DNA of 63,965 nucleotides, counting the filler, from Ionaspis alba (taxonomy: Eukaryota): NCBI GenBank assembly GCA_964255285.1. It is 3 parts of 3 records of this genome, joined end to end, with 100 filler letters (N's around TTAATTAATTAA, not from the genome) between each part and the next. Parts side by side here need not be neighbours in the genome. Positions count along the whole stretch, not along the records: positions 1 to 24,053 come from CAXUUL010000176.1; positions 24,154 to 48,174 come from CAXUUL010000177.1; 1 more part is not named here. One strand, 5' to 3'. Positions 23,281 to 36,954 of the stretch are shown one piece after another (position 1 is the stretch's first letter; every line of letters begins with the position of its first letter). A program made the translations under genes and the position numbers. A model generated the notes under the pieces. That model had not been told where the DNA came from. It did not search any database and saw nothing but the letters and a program-made list of their open reading frames with translations.

Positions 23281-24053
23281 CTACCGACTTCTTTTCGGAC
23301 CGCCTCCCTGTTCCTTCACAACATCCTCCAGCACTTGTCTTGCACGCTCTTCTTCCCTCTGGAACGGCTTGTCGAACATAGCTGGCAATATCCTTTTGGA
23401 ATCTAGAAAAAAAAAGTGAGCAGTCTACCCTTCTCCTGCACATAATAGTGGTCAACTAACGAGCATGATCGCCACCGAAAGTCACTCCTTCAATCCCTCT
23501 CCCTAGCAAAACTCCCACAACTCCCTCCAACAATCCTCTGCCCACACCCCGCCCTCTCTCCCTCCTCCTTACAGTCCACGCTCTTATCACTCCTTTCCCC
23601 TTCTTCTTCCTCCCTCCTTCCCTGACCGCTCTGAAAACCACAGCTCCAATAATCTCCTCCCCAAATTTACTAACCACCACCTCATCCTCGCCTAGCCAAT
23701 CCCAATTGATTGTTTCCGCAAGCGACAGATAGCCTCCTACAAGCACACGTATGCCGAGCAGAAGCGCCATTATCAATCCCGCGCAGGTAGTGAATATCAG
23801 CCCTAGCGAAGCTGAGCTAGTGTATTGAAGCCTTGCGACTACCGCGAAGACAGCCGTCGCAAGGGCGAGCGTGTAGGGATGGAAGAGCACGAGGCTGGCA
23901 CTGGCTTGGCGGCGCTGCGCAATGGAGTCGGCGATTAGTTTTAGAGCGAGGATTTTCTCGTCGGAGGAGGTCGTGAGGTAGGTTGTGAGTGGGGGAATAT
24001 TTGCGAGGGGATCGTCGGAAGGAGGGGTGGAGGGGTTGTCGGGCTCTTTGGAG
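23281..24053 (-). CDS. GNAT-family acetyltransferase-like membrane protein (5' end lost in gap)
   Basis: IRAWTVRRRERGRGVGRGLL acetyl-CoA motif and two TM segments. Intron 23460-23403 gives DHA|HSKRILP..KRSR*. The frame runs into the N gap. Confidence 0.75.
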
Positions 24054-24097
24054 NNNNNNNNNNNNNNNNNNNNNNNNNNNNNNNNNNNNNNNNNNNN

Positions 24098-24109
24098 TTA
24101 ATTAATTAA
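24098..24109. other. Artificial six-frame-stop scaffold linker TTAATTAATTAA inside an N gap (second copy at 48219-48230)
   Basis: Identical 12-mer centred in two 100-nt gaps; it carries stops in all six frames. Confidence 0.9.
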
Positions 24110-24298
24110 NNNNNNNNNNNNNNNNNNNNNNNNNNNNNNNNNNNNNNNNNNNNCATGTCCAAGCACATGAGACAGCATAGATATCCCTGGCTCCAATTGC
24201 CACTTTCCAAACATATTCAAACATCATCAAACCTAAACACATACCCCAACAGTCCCCGTCACCAGTGCTCCCTGCACGTATCCAAGATCCTGTAGATA

Positions 24299-27155
24299 TT
24301 ATCGCCTTCCTTTAGCGATCACGTTGAAGCTCACGCCCTTTCTGACCCTCCGAAGCCCTCCACTATTCAGCCAAGTGGTGAGGTTCTTGCATTGACTAAC
24401 GTCGAAATCCTCCAATTTCTGACAGCCCTCGACTACAGCTTCAACACCGATGCCAGTAACACGTACACAGCCACGAACGGACAAGTCGCAGAGCTCGAGC
24501 AGATGAAGTCCGACACTTCGGAGAGATGAGTCGGACACGGCACTGCCACAGAAGGCGAGATTGAGATGAGTGAGAGCAGGGCAACCGAGGGAGATGACTT
24601 CCGTGGCCGTGTCCGAGAGGGCACAGCAGAACGACTAGAAGAAATAGGTCAGACAAAAGAGGCCAGAGAATCTATGACGACGGAAGTCTTACCAAATCTA
24701 GATTTCTTAGGCCTTTTGCTGCATTGGTCAGATAGACGATGGCGTTGTCGGTCAGGTAGGTGCAATCTGCCAAGCAAAGCTTCCTCAATCTGAAGAACTG
24801 ATGCTGGCCCCAGGCTTGGAATCCGTGGTCAGTGATGGTGGTACATCGAGTCAAGTCGATCTCTTCGAGCCGGCCTCGAGCATAGGTTGCGAGTTGGTTC
24901 ATTGAGCGGTCAGTGACGTGCTTGCAATACGAGAGTGTCAATTTTCTCAGCTTCTGGGAGCCCTGCACGATAGAGCTGGGAGAAGGTATGGAAGCCGTCG
25001 GTCGGGAACTCGTTTGCCGGGCATTGTAACTGTACTGTGTACCCGAGGTGGGTAATTGCGGAGGAACGTTCCCGATTATGTGAGCAAGAAGATTGTCATT
25101 CACTTTACGACAGTTACTGAGATCAAGATGCTCAAGACCTTTCGCGCTTTTGACCATCTCAACTATGGCTGAAGCAGTGACGTCCCAAACACTCTTCATT
25201 CGCCAAGACATGACTTTGGCTCCACAGACTTTTGCCAGGGTTGTGAAACCATCGTCACTCATGTGGAAGCAGTTGCTGATATCGATATCGCGCGGACGAG
25301 CGCCAACGAAAGGGCATATCTTGTTGATTAGTACATCGTCGGTTACCTTGCGGTTGTAGCGTGCTAGATCCAGATGATGAAGCAACTCCGGAGATTCACG
25401 CAATAGCTTCGACCAATGTTGGGAAACCACTCGCAGCCGCATGAGGTCGTGCAACTCGAGATACGAGAAAATTGTGATCAAGATGGTGTTTGATAGTATA
25501 CCTTTTCCGAACTGACTGGGTTTCCGAGGGAGCGTTTTGGGCCGCTTCGGTTTCAAGTAAATATCGGGGGGAGTAGTTACATGTTTGATCCTTGAGGGAG
25601 GTGTAGACTTTCCACTTGTAGCTCGTTCCTTGCCGTCCTGGGCACCGTCGGGAGGTGGAGGTGCGAGAGAAGACCTCCTAGAACGGGATCGCATCACATC
25701 GAAATCTGCCCCCAGAAATGGATCGGGATCGAAAGGTTCAAGAATCGGACGATCTTCAATTCGGCAGGGCTTGTGCGGACTTTCAGGTCTGCCATAGTCG
25801 AACGTTACTTGTGGAACTCGTGGCTTCCGGGGCGTGTTAGGTAGGCGCTCTCCAATGGCAAGCTCGTCGATCGGAGGTGTTGAGTCGACGACGTCCGACA
25901 TGACAACATCATTATCTCCAGTGGACCGAAGCCGTTGTTTCGCTGTTTTTTCAATTTGCTCTTTGATCACAACTGGACAGCGCGTCCAGAACTCCGAGAG
26001 AACTTCGCCAGTTATCAAAAGACACTCTACCGAAGAGACCGATCGAACGGTTGCAGTCCTACGAGGGGCCAGAGAAAGACTTGCGACTTCTCCAAAATAT
26101 TGCCCTTGCCGTAGCCTAGCCTTCACTTGATGACCTTTGGTGATGGTACGACCTGCACCATTGGTCAGGGTGCGAGTGCCTTGCCTGGTGCTTGTCTCAT
26201 CGATCACCTCGACCTCTCCTCGAACGATAAAGAAAACTTCTCTCCCTTGCGACCCTTGTTGGATGATGTCAGTGAAGGGCGGATAAGTGCACTGTCGCGC
26301 ATTTGATCCAAGAAAGTGTAGTATCTCAGGTGGCAGACTAGAGAACAGAGGGAGCTCCTTTAACAGCTGTCTGACATTGACAAGTCCGCTGCCAAGGGCG
26401 CTCGAAGCAGCTGCCTCGACAAGCCCAGGAGAGGGTGATTTTCGCCTCTTGTTGTTGGTTCCCCCATTCGAAATCACACCCTTGCCATCGAATGTGGGGC
26501 TCTCGATGTCATCCAATTCTCTCAAACGCTTCTCGCCACGTCCTGGGCCTACCTGGGGCGTAGGCCGGCTAGAAGTCAAGCTCTCCTTCTTTTTGCGCTC
26601 CAAGATGGCAAGTCGTTCTTGGGCTTCCTCCCTTATCGTCCTTTCGACTTCTGGAAAGTTCGGTAGCTCTTTGGCAAGGTCTTCTTTCTTCAGAACCACC
26701 AGAAGGCACTTTTGTCGAGCGACAATGGTTGCCGTCCTTGGTATACCCATCAATACCCCAATTTCCCCGAAGAAAGCTCCAGGTTTCAACTCAGCATAAG
26801 TACTCTCTCCGTCCCTAGAGGTGACTGCCACAGCCCCTCGTACCAGCCAGTACATTGCTTTGGCTTCGTCACCTTCGGTTAAGATGTAGTCGTGGGGCGA
26901 ATGCATTTGGGGACGTAGATGTGTTCCTATCGTTGTGAGGAACTCCTCGGGGGCTGATCGGAACAATGGAAACGATCGAATTCGATCCAACATGTCTAGT
27001 GGCATACCCTGAATCGTGGAATTCGTCAAGGGAGAAGGCCGTACCGGCCGAGAAGGGTTGGTATCGAGATTGAAGGTCCTAATCAACGACACAGATTCCG
27101 GGACAGGGTTTGCGCCAGCCTTGCCATAGGCTCCGCCAGGCCGATGGCGCCGCAT
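24299..27155 (-). CDS. Cyclic-nucleotide-binding (2x CNBD) F-box LRR protein
   Basis: FFGEIG..PRTAT and YFGEVA..RRTAT phosphate-binding cassettes. F-box-like ILITIFSYLELHDLMRLRVVSQHW. Cys-containing LRRs (LDLSNC, LTLSYC, IDLTRC). Intron 24692-24635. Confidence 0.9.
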
Positions 27156-28556
27156 GATATACAGACTAGAACAGTTCCTTCCCATACGTCGCTTGCACGT
27201 ATACTAAATCGATGTCCACCGAATGGATTTGCGGAAATGCCACTCGGAATATCACCACTGTGGTCTGGGAGCCATACCGATGTGATTGAACGAGCGGCAA
27301 GTATACTATATCCTTCTCAGACAACTTCGTTGCTCATGGTGGCCTTCTTCTGGACCGTTAGTCCAGTCCCGCGTCTTCAGCGATCCCTTCCTGTGGAACA
27401 CCCAGTCATAGCCTATCTGATTTGTGGTCCCGTGGCCGCGAGGTCTACGACGCCTCCAGCCAGTGTGAGGGATGAGGAGAGCTCGTTCAAGTGTTTCTAT
27501 TTGGGGTAGGATCAAGCTCTCTTTTTTTAAGATCGGCAAGACGTAGTCGACGTTGATAGAAGACGCCTGTGTGTATATGGCGGGGTTTGCATAACGTGGG
27601 GTACAAGAGAGTGAGTTCGCGACAATCCGTGTCGGCAGAGAGTACCGTTAGAATGTGAAGTGTCGTTGACCTTCCAGCGGAGGAATGGGTAAGCTATAGT
27701 ATACTGATGTGGAGAGGACGACGGAAAGGAATAGAAGCGTTGAATGTTGGCGCTGCGTTTGCAATAGCTTGCTCCAGATGCGACAACATCGGGGAGTAAC
27801 AGCGAGTCGCAAGACTTGGGTGTCTCGGCTAGAAGCCAACCTAGCGATGGAAAAGTTCCAATTGGGCATGATTGGATTTCACCTCCTTCACCTCGAGCTT
27901 CTGCAGCCACGCGACGGGCGGAAACCGTCAGCGTGTCCATGGTTCCCTAGATCTCATGCCCGCTACAGTGGTCGGCACAGTAGTCAGAGTAAGATATACT
28001 ACGAGATCTTCCCAAGGTCTGGATCATCGTTCTTCCCGTCGTTACTTCCATTCGCCGCAAAATGGTTTGCGTCTGGGCGCAAGGTGGCCTGTGCTCTCAG
28101 GGCCGGAGTGATACTACTACGAGCTGGAACCCGACCGAGAGGACTGAAGGCTTCTGTCCCACGCATTACGCTGCTGTCGACGCTAGACTACTGGGCTCTC
28201 AGTATCTATCCCTCCAATCTGATATACTCGATGACCTTGCCCGAGTGAGGATGCCAGGCTCTGTAGCGGATTGGCTGGAAGGCATAGACCGGCCTAGGCC
28301 GGCTCTCTCTTCATCTTATGCTTTTATCACGTGAAAAGTCATCGTTCCTCCATAGCTTTTCGTGTATGGTGACCACTTGGTGAGAAGGCTCACGATGTGC
28401 AGCACCAACCGAGATTGCCCTAAAATATGTATCGTATGTCTAAGGTCCCTTGTGCACAGCCAGTATGCAGCACGGCCAAAAATGCTCCTTTTTCTCGTCC
28501 CAGTCGTACACTTCCGTGCTGCCAGATGCTCTAAATATGCCTACATGCGATCTCCA

Positions 28557-31487
28557 TTAATGACTACCTCTCCCCTGGTCCAGGACTCCCATTGGCCACA
28601 TCTGACCAGCTCCACCACTCATCCCACTGGTGTCGAACCCGCCAGCCACATCAGCAGCGTTCATCTCCCCACCTATGGCAGTGCCGCCACGTCCGCCCAG
28701 TTGAAGTAGTGCACTGGCAGGGTTGTAGTCGTGTGGTCCGATGTTGTTCGGCATTGTCTGCGGATACTGAAGCCACGAACCGCTGTCGGTACCGTAGTTG
28801 TTAACGCTATGATAGCCTGGAATTGGTGGCGCGTACATGGCCGCCAAAACACCCGAGACGCCTTGCTGCGCTTGATGTTGGTAGGAAGATGAGAGAGCTT
28901 GGCTGGCCAGGTTGACGGGATACTGGGATGATCCGTAGGGACCCGTCATATTCGAGTCGGTGCTGAAGTGCGTTCCCGATGGTTCAGGGTAAGGGTATTG
29001 GTCCATTTGGGTGTAGTGGTTGAGATTTTGGTCGCTCACGGCTACTGGCAGATACTCGTTGCTCCGCACGAAGCCATTGATTTGATGGTTAGGGGCTTCG
29101 TAAACATCATATTCGTTGGCGGCGTTATAGGTGTCTCGGTGGGCTAAGGCAATATGGCCACCATCGTTTTCTTCCTCTTTCTTTGGTGGAGGCGCTCTAT
29201 CCAACTTTGGTGGTGTAGGTGGTGAGGATTTAGCAGATAGATGTTGCACGAGTTGAGATATCGCAGTGTCGATCTGGCCACGAATGGCGTCTTGCAGACG
29301 TCGTCCAGAACCTGGATCTTGGTGAGCATGAGCCACTCTATCTTCCTGGAAATGATAAACATACCCAACAGTCCGCCAATATCTCCCATGACACTTAGCC
29401 ACTTATCCATGTTTGACTTGAGAAGAGCCAACTTCTCATCCGTCATTTCGTCTTTCAACTGACCGTGGCCATATAGTGTCGTTTGGATAGCCATGATGTA
29501 CGTAGCGCAATTATACCACGTGGAATCCAGACCCTTTACCTGCTGAAGCTCGCAGGCCTGGTGCAGCATTTTATGAGAGACATCGAGACAGATGCGGAGG
29601 TTAGAATCGTTGAATTGGACACTCCTGGTCATGGATAGTGATGGGTGGTGTAGGATGAGTCGGAATTCATACAGCCAGAGCCGTAAGTAACGACTAAAGA
29701 TTTGTGGCGAAGGATTGTCGTCGAGCAACTCCTTCGGCCACTGCTCTTCCCACGCCTTGATACGTTTTTCTGCGGCGACAATGAATGCTATATACTCTTT
29801 GGGTGACTTCTTTGCGCTATAGACGTTGCGGAACAAATCCATGGTAATGGGCTCGAGTTTGAAGAATTCGATTGCGATAAGGAACGAGCATTTGCCCTTC
29901 CTTGAGGTATCTAGTCCAGAGTCTGAAAGTAAGTCATCGTCTACCGACAAAGGCAACTCAACATCGTAATCCTCCTCTCGTATTGGCAAGGGGCGACCCA
30001 GCTTTCCGCTCAACGTGACCTGGATTGCCAAGATCGACCAAAAGATTCTCTTTCTCATCTCGATCTCCAACACATTGGTTGGCGAAGCAGATGAAGCTCC
30101 CGCCTTCACAGACTTGTGCAACCTCTGCTCGATTGCTTTGTTGAAAGCAATGCTGGTGACAACCCAGCTGGATTCAGGCTTGGGGAAGTTACGGACATGA
30201 ACACATATCATGGCAATCGCCTGAATATCTTGAAGGGCGTGACCAACCATGAGCTGAGGGAAAAAACCAAGCGAACAGTGGTAAAGGGTATCGGATCGAA
30301 TGTGAAGCTCGTTCTGCCGGTGAGGATCCTCCCAGTTGCGAAGTGCGTCTTGGTATAAGATGTTGGCAAACAAGGAGTACACCATGACCTTCTCTGCCGG
30401 TGTTGGATGAAAGTCATCATCATCATACATTTTTGTCAGCTGCAAATGTTAGGGTCAGCACGGGCGATGACAAGCAGCTTAGGAATGGGGACGAGTAGCT
30501 CACGAGGGCCATAAAGCTTGGTTTGTGTAAGATGGGCAGGAAGGCATTAATGATCTGGAAGTAGCCGTCGGCGTAGCGGAATGCTTCTTGCCTAGAAGGT
30601 AGATCCACGCTCTCAAAACGTGGGTTGACGCCAAATGTTGTGGCAATGAAACTTTCGTATGAGGTGTCGTGTGACCGAGAGGCAAGGTCCCGTGTCCGAC
30701 CCAGACCTCCAGCAGTGAAGCTTGCAATATTGATCTCCCAGCCCAGCATATTTAATTTGGGGGCTCGCTCCGAGCTTTCGGAGGAACGCTTGGTCGATGC
30801 TCCAACATAGCTGTCACCACTGAGACCGCTACGAAGATCGGGGAGGCCGAGAGCATCACTGCTCGAGGTATGAAGGGGCAAGGAAGTTTCAGCGATGGCA
30901 TTTCCGCCGCTGTAGTTTGGTGAACCATCGTCGTTCTGTGCTTGTTGTGGACCTAGAAGTCGTGAGAGATTGAGTTGTCGCTCATCACGGTCCCATGGTC
31001 GAGTATCTCCTGTCGCTTTGACCTGAGCCCAAGCAAGATATTGTTTGGTCCCGGGGTCATCGTCTTGGTATGGCTTCACATCTTCGCCTAATGCCCTGAG
31101 TCTGGCCAAAAGCTCTTCGATCTGTGTCCTCTGCTTCGCAACACTACGTTCCAGATACTCGAATTCGCCACGATAAGTAGGGTTTCCGGTCAACGGGTCT
31201 GTGACCGTACACCAAGCACCAACGCGCTGGCATGGAGGACATCCCTCCGGAGATGGGTCGCATGCCAGCTTCCGATGCTAAAAGAGCCATTGGTCAGCGA
31301 TCGTTTTCAATTGAAGCACTCGTATTGGAAATTCCATCCTTACTTGACAGCGATCACAGGCTCTTCCAATTCTTGAGACCGTTGCCTTCTTCCGCCGACT
31401 GCCCGGAGCCTCGAGGGCAGATTGGTCCTGGGGACGGTCGGTGTTGCCATCGGTGGGCGGCTGGTCAAGCTTACGCTTCCTGGCCAT
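28557..31487 (-). CDS. Zn(II)2Cys6 transcription factor with Fungal_trans domain
   Basis: RACDRCQ|HRKLACDPSPEGCPPCQRVGAWCTVTD after splicing (~31342-31279). YFQIINAFLPILHKPSF, EMRKRIFWS..LGRPLPI. Further introns ~30503-30441 and ~29364-29312. Confidence 0.9.
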
Positions 31488-32067
31488 CTGAAGTCTGTTC
31501 AGTCCGGCAATTGCCGTTCAACAAAACAAAAGCGACAACATGGATCGCGAAGCTCGACAAAGTAGATGCGACCATCAACAACGTCGACGGCCTAAGCTGT
31601 CTAGCGATCTGGACGCAAGGAAATCTAACGTGATGTGGGACGGCGATCAGCCGCGGCGAATTTCGAACTGCCACTCTAGGACAACTGCCGCTAATAACCA
31701 TTAATTACTTGGGGTGGGATGGGAAGCCCATGGTAAATCGATCTGTACGACCTCAGTAAAAATGGCAAAATCAGGTCGAACGCCAATTTGCGGCAGCAGA
31801 TACAGCTTCAACAGCCTTTCTCACTCCAGTGCTTGTGCCGCATTAGTTGATAAATATATCCCGACAGTATTCCGGTCCATCCTCGCTTGCGTAGAGCATG
31901 TAGAGCGGACTACAGATATAGGATCTAACATATTCCTATACACTCCATCCAAGGTCACACCGGCCACAGCTCTGCGCTTATCAGCAGCTGGCACCAGCTG
32001 AATGTCAGCCTCGAACAAGCCCGAGAACTTGTGACGATTCCTATCCACATATATACTCTCCAATTCA

Positions 32068-32811
32068 ATGACGGACAAAATTACCACGATCCATCTGGCA
32101 CACCTCCCACCAGAAATTGCCGTGCATGTTGTGCTTGTTCATGATCTCAAGAATGCCACCTATCTACGTCAACAGCTTCTGGATGGAAATCCGGCTTTTG
32201 AATATGCCCTGCTGGATGCAACTACGGTGCGTGCTTCTGAGGCGATTGAAGGATACTTGGTTCGGCAGTCTGATAGATAAAGATCCTCTCAGCCACACAT
32301 CTACTTGCCGCAGTCTTTAGAGCGGTGCAGGACATGAGTAATAAACGGATTAAGTCGAGGAATGTTCACTCAGAGATCGTCTTTGCTTTGAGTCCCAACA
32401 ACAACGTAAGTTAGATTACTGTTCTTGGTATATTACTGTCCATGGCTAACCAAGACCGTCTCATTCTAGATAGCAGAGTCATTCCGAAAATTCGGTATCT
32501 CAGATAAAACTTCTGACCTGGTAGTCGTCAAGGTCGGGAAAGTTTCTGAGGTGAATGCACACGCGGTAATGAATCATGTGGAACGATTCTTTGACGGGAC
32601 GCTCTCTAGATTTGACGACGAGAGCCTACTACACATTTCAGACGTTGCCAAGATCCGAAAGATTTACAAACTGAATCCCGTGTCAGCTACAAGGAGTGAT
32701 AGGACCAAAGGAGACGAGACAAATGTAGACAGCAATCTCATAAAAGGCCACGAAAGGAAGGAGGCGGAGATTGCCATACTGGGCCTAATGGCTCTAAGAG
32801 GAGCTTCTTAA
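32068..32811 (+). CDS. CGI121: EKC/KEOPS complex subunit Cgi121
   Basis: Introns 32227-32282 and 32406-32469 give [67 protein letters not shown]. Confidence 0.92.
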
Positions 32812-33595
32812 TGGGATGATAGAGTAGGTCTCAGCAACAGGTATCGGCGGTCATCATGGAGGCTTGGACTTGTTGGATTTCAGCTGTCACGCCTAAAGTG
32901 CAGGAAATCTTCGAGACAACGGTCCAGGATGACGGACGTTAGTCTATTATTAAGTAATCTCATCTACGTGAGATCGATGTGCATAATTTGCAACATGTGG
33001 TCACAGTGACTTGCTTAGGATGACTCTCAGACTAATGAGAGCTCTTTGGGCTCGCAATTTGTGGCCTTGAGTGGGCAGCATTGTTTTTGAGAATCCTTGT
33101 AACCCATTTGCCCTCGAAGACGGGACGAAACGCCGCGGAATACTCGGCCACTGAATATGATTTTGTGCATGAGTGACTATTTGATTTCTTTTACGCCACA
33201 GGCTAACAAGGATTTGTCAACCCCGCGAAGAAGTGCGAGGGATGTTATGTCATAGATCGTAAATTGTCAAACACGAAATACTGTCCGGAATACACAAATC
33301 ATTTATTGTATCATCAATCTTCTTTTGTCTTCAAAAAGCTCTTTCTCTTCTTATAGGCCCATATATCAATCCCCAAAACATTCACCAAAGTGAAGCTCTC
33401 TCCAAGAAACATCCTACTTGCTACTATCTCGGCCCTTCNNNNNNNNNNNNNNNNNNNNNNNNNNNNNNNNNNNNNNNNNNNNNNNNNNNNNNNNNNNNNN
33501 NNNNNNNNNNNNNNNNNNNNNNNNNNNNNNNNNNNNNNACCAAAGTGAAGCTCTCTCCAAGAAACATCCTACTTGCTACTATCTCGGCCCTTCTC

Positions 33596-34390
33596 ATGGC
33601 TACCGCAATGCCCTTCCTCAATCGTCTCATGCGCCCTTTCACTTCCTCTACTCGGATGGGCCTAAACCCCGAGACTGCGGCGCAAAACTTCCCTCCAAAT
33701 GCTCAAAAATGTACGGTAGCTGCAGGGTGTTTCTGGGGTGTCGAGCATCTATTTCGCAAGCATTTCGACGGCAAGGGACTGTTGGATGCCAGGGTTGGTT
33801 ATATTGGTGGCGACAGCAAGAACCCAAGCTATAGAGCTGTGTGCTCTGGTCGGACAGGACGTGTGTACCACCTCGATCGAGTGCACGATCTAGCCTTGCT
33901 AAATCCTTTTTCTTGCAGATGCCGAGTCGCTTCAGATGACATTTGATCCTTCGGTCTTGCCCTACACTACTCTACTCGAGTTCTTCTACAAGATGCACGA
34001 TCCCACCACTCTGAATCGCCAAGGTGCCGATACTGGAACCCAATACCGATCCGCCATCTTTTACCATGACGAGGAACAAGAGAGCGCGGCAAAGTCGATA
34101 ACAGCGAAGGTCCAAGCACAGTGGTGGAAGAACGGAAAAATAACGACTGAGATACTTCCTGCCGGCGAATGGTGGGACGCAGAGGTTAGTGCGATGCGAT
34201 CAAAGTGACCACTCTCATGCTAACTGCTTCGGTATAGACCTACCATCAAAAGTATCTGGATCACAATCCCGGCGGTTATGAATGCCCTGCTCAGTAAGTC
34301 ATCCCAGTTCTCAGAAGGATCTCAACGTTGTCCAGCAACCTCTGACCGTTCTGATATAGCTTCGTTCGAAAGTTCCCAGATCTTGTTTAG
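33596..34390 (+). CDS. msrA: Peptide methionine sulfoxide reductase MsrA
   Basis: GCFWGVE, NPSYRAVCSGRTG, HDPTTLNRQGADTGTQYRSAIF, AE|TYHQKYL. Introns ~33861-33918, 34185-34237, 34294-34359. Confidence 0.95.
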
Positions 34391-34729
34391 AGTGACAAAT
34401 GGAAGGGGTCAGAGTGGCGTCTGGCTTGGTATCGGAGCTTCATATACAGTGTGTGGATGTCGTCCTAGATTCCACTTAAATTTGAGCAGCTCCTCGGCGA
34501 TGGGATCATTGGTTTTACCATAAGATGCAAATGACAATACAGTGGCTCAGAGAATTTGTGACTCTTTCAGATGAGTTCCCATGATGGCCAGCTCGCCATG
34601 TTGTGATACATGAGGTTATATTTCAAAGCGAGAGTCTTGGGAAACGGTGATCCTTTCAAAGGCGCATCACTCAACACTTTGTGGAATTTCGACTGCACGT
34701 ACTGTGGTATCCAAAGATCCACAGCTAAC

Positions 34730-36285
34730 TCAAAACCTCCGCTTCTTCTTGACCAGAATACCTTCTTTTTGTTCCAATTCCCTCTTCAATTCAGCTCTTT
34801 TGCGATCTGCCCTTTCCCTGGAAGTCTCTCTAGACGTCGGCAGTAATGGCGATGGCTTCACTGTTGAAAGATCAGCTCTCTCGTCATGTTTCCCTCCTAT
34901 TGTTTGATTTTCTAGATGGATTTGATGTGGATCCGATCCGGCTCCGACGTCTGCATCCTGCGTTGCGCTTTCACTCGATCTTGCCGCTACGTCAGATTTC
35001 GGCGGACCACCAATTATGCCTATCCTTCCTCGTGGCTTTAGAGGGGGTTTAGAAATACCAGGTTCGGCTGCTACTTGCTCCCATTTGTCGGAAGCAGAAG
35101 TGGCGTTGTGCGGCTTCTTGGTAGCAGGACTCGATAGGTCCTTCGTCCCTCTTATAATTCCGATTTTCTTTACTCCGTTCTCAGAATTGACATTCGTGAC
35201 TTGTCGGGGAGCTGCCAGAGAATTCAGATCGTCGTCCGATGCGCCGGTTGTCGATCCATCAGATTGAATATTTGGGGCGCTTTGCTCTCTATGCAGCTCC
35301 GGAGACGGTCTCGTTAGAGGATGCCTCCCAATCGTTGTCACTTTCTTAGTCCTTTCGGGTGTCTCTTGTCGCTAGGCTGTATTAGCTTGGGCGAAGTTCA
35401 ATGGTTGCATTGAGCTACCTGGAAATCTGGTTCATTCAGTACGTCATCCTCGTCTATAGAGGCTGGTTGTCCAGAGTGACTTGCTATCGACTCTTTCGAT
35501 AGATTGCGTGGGGCGAAGTCAAATTGTACCCACCAATTCTCTTCAGCTTGTTCATTAATAAAGGTGCTTGATGGAATAGAAGGTTCGCCAATCTCACGGA
35601 AATCGATTGGTTCCTCTAATGCGGTGTTTGGTAGGGAACGCCGCCAGGTCATTTCATCAAACGCTTTGAGTCCTTTGACTGATTTTGTCAACGAATCTCG
35701 AATATTGGCCTTTGACATCTTGGCTGGCGCAGATGTAGGGAAAACAGCGTTGAGCTCCATGCCAGATGCTTGCATTTTATCGATCAACCTGGATATCACA
35801 TGATCTTTGTCCTTAAGATGACCAAGCAAAGACGAGACCTCCAATCTGGCCTGGGACAAACGGGCCAAGCAAGGTAGGAGAAGCTCGGTACGCAATAGTC
35901 CCTGTGCAGACTGTGACAAGTGAAGAGGCCAGCATAAAGAGGACAAGGGTGCAGGTAATGTAGAGCTGGCCCTTACGATCAAGCTCCCTCTCTCTAGTCC
36001 TGGCAGAATTGCCAGAGAAGTGCCCGCCTTGCCTTCGAGCGCATTCTGGATATGCTGGAGCAGCAGGCTGAGCTGATCAGATCCTTCACTTGGGTCGATA
36101 CTGGTGTCTTGATCGAACGCTCTCTTGATGATCTGTCTCCGGTCCAGTGATTCCGTCCAAATATACGTCAGATCTGACAGAAAAACGGTGTATACTGATG
36201 TGCCAAACCGATGCTTCACAAAAAGAGGAGGCACGCTACTAGAGGTTGCACGCAAAGGCAGAGATTGCCATTGACTGCCCATCAT
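34730..36285 (-). CDS. NEJ1: XLF/Cernunnos/Nej1 non-homologous end-joining factor
   Basis: Head domain LSDLTYIWTESLDRRQIIKRA..SIDPSEGSDQL, coiled coil LKDKDHVISRLIDKM, disordered tail ending in the basic Ku-binding-like motif KKKRRF. Intron ~35418-35372. Confidence 0.85.
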
Positions 36286-36954
36286 GTCACGCAAAGAGAG
36301 GAATCACGCTACCCTCGACAATAGCAGCATAAACAAAGAAGGCAGACGATATGCTAGCAACAGGCAGAACCAGGTACGCGTCTCTGCGGCACAGCAAAAT
36401 CGCAGATATTGGGAGGCTGTAAGGCAATCGGTCTAACCGATGGCATAGAACGGGTTTCTGTCGTTGGTTAGCTATCTGCCTTTCGAGCCGGAGTGAAGGC
36501 AAGGTGAGCCGATGAAGCTCGATGAACGAAATTGGATCGTTAGCCATAGAGTCACGACCAATCTGAAGTGTTCTTCAAGCTAGGATCATATTTGATGGTG
36601 GCACGCGGCTTGCATAAAAGTCTGCAAACCAAAGCCGTAATTTAGGTAAGAATGCACTATAAGACCCCTTAGGACAAGTGCGTATTGGCCGCCTCTGGAT
36701 GCTCGAAACTATTACCTTCCACGTAATTTCTAGCACAAGCTCTCCAACTGATCTGCAAGCCGTGGGGGCAGTTGACAGAGAGAGCGGGGGCTACCCGGAT
36801 AGGCCTACCAGACTAGTTCCAGGGGGGATACTCCACGCCAGTTGCAGACCTTGCTTCCGAGAGTTCCGGTGGCCTTCTTTCACAGCACTAACGAAGTCCT
36901 ACACGAACATCTAGATGGTCTTTTCATGGAAAAGCACTTGCCCACATCAAAACG

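Noticed and set aside
24098..24109. Palindromic TTAATTAATTAA islands in gaps (also 48219-48230)
   Set aside because: Synthetic scaffolding linker. Adjacency across these two gaps may not be real.
27200..28550. Several overlapping 70-180-aa ORFs
   Set aside because: No motifs or coherent splice structure; probably the long 5' UTR/promoter of the cNMP F-box gene.
33384..33593. 55-nt direct repeats flanking N gaps (33384-33438/33539-33593; 50970-51024/51125-51179; 56871-56925/57026-57080)
   Set aside because: Exact copies of identical length on both sides of 100-N gaps indicate k-mer overlap of adjacent contigs, not TSDs or LTRs.
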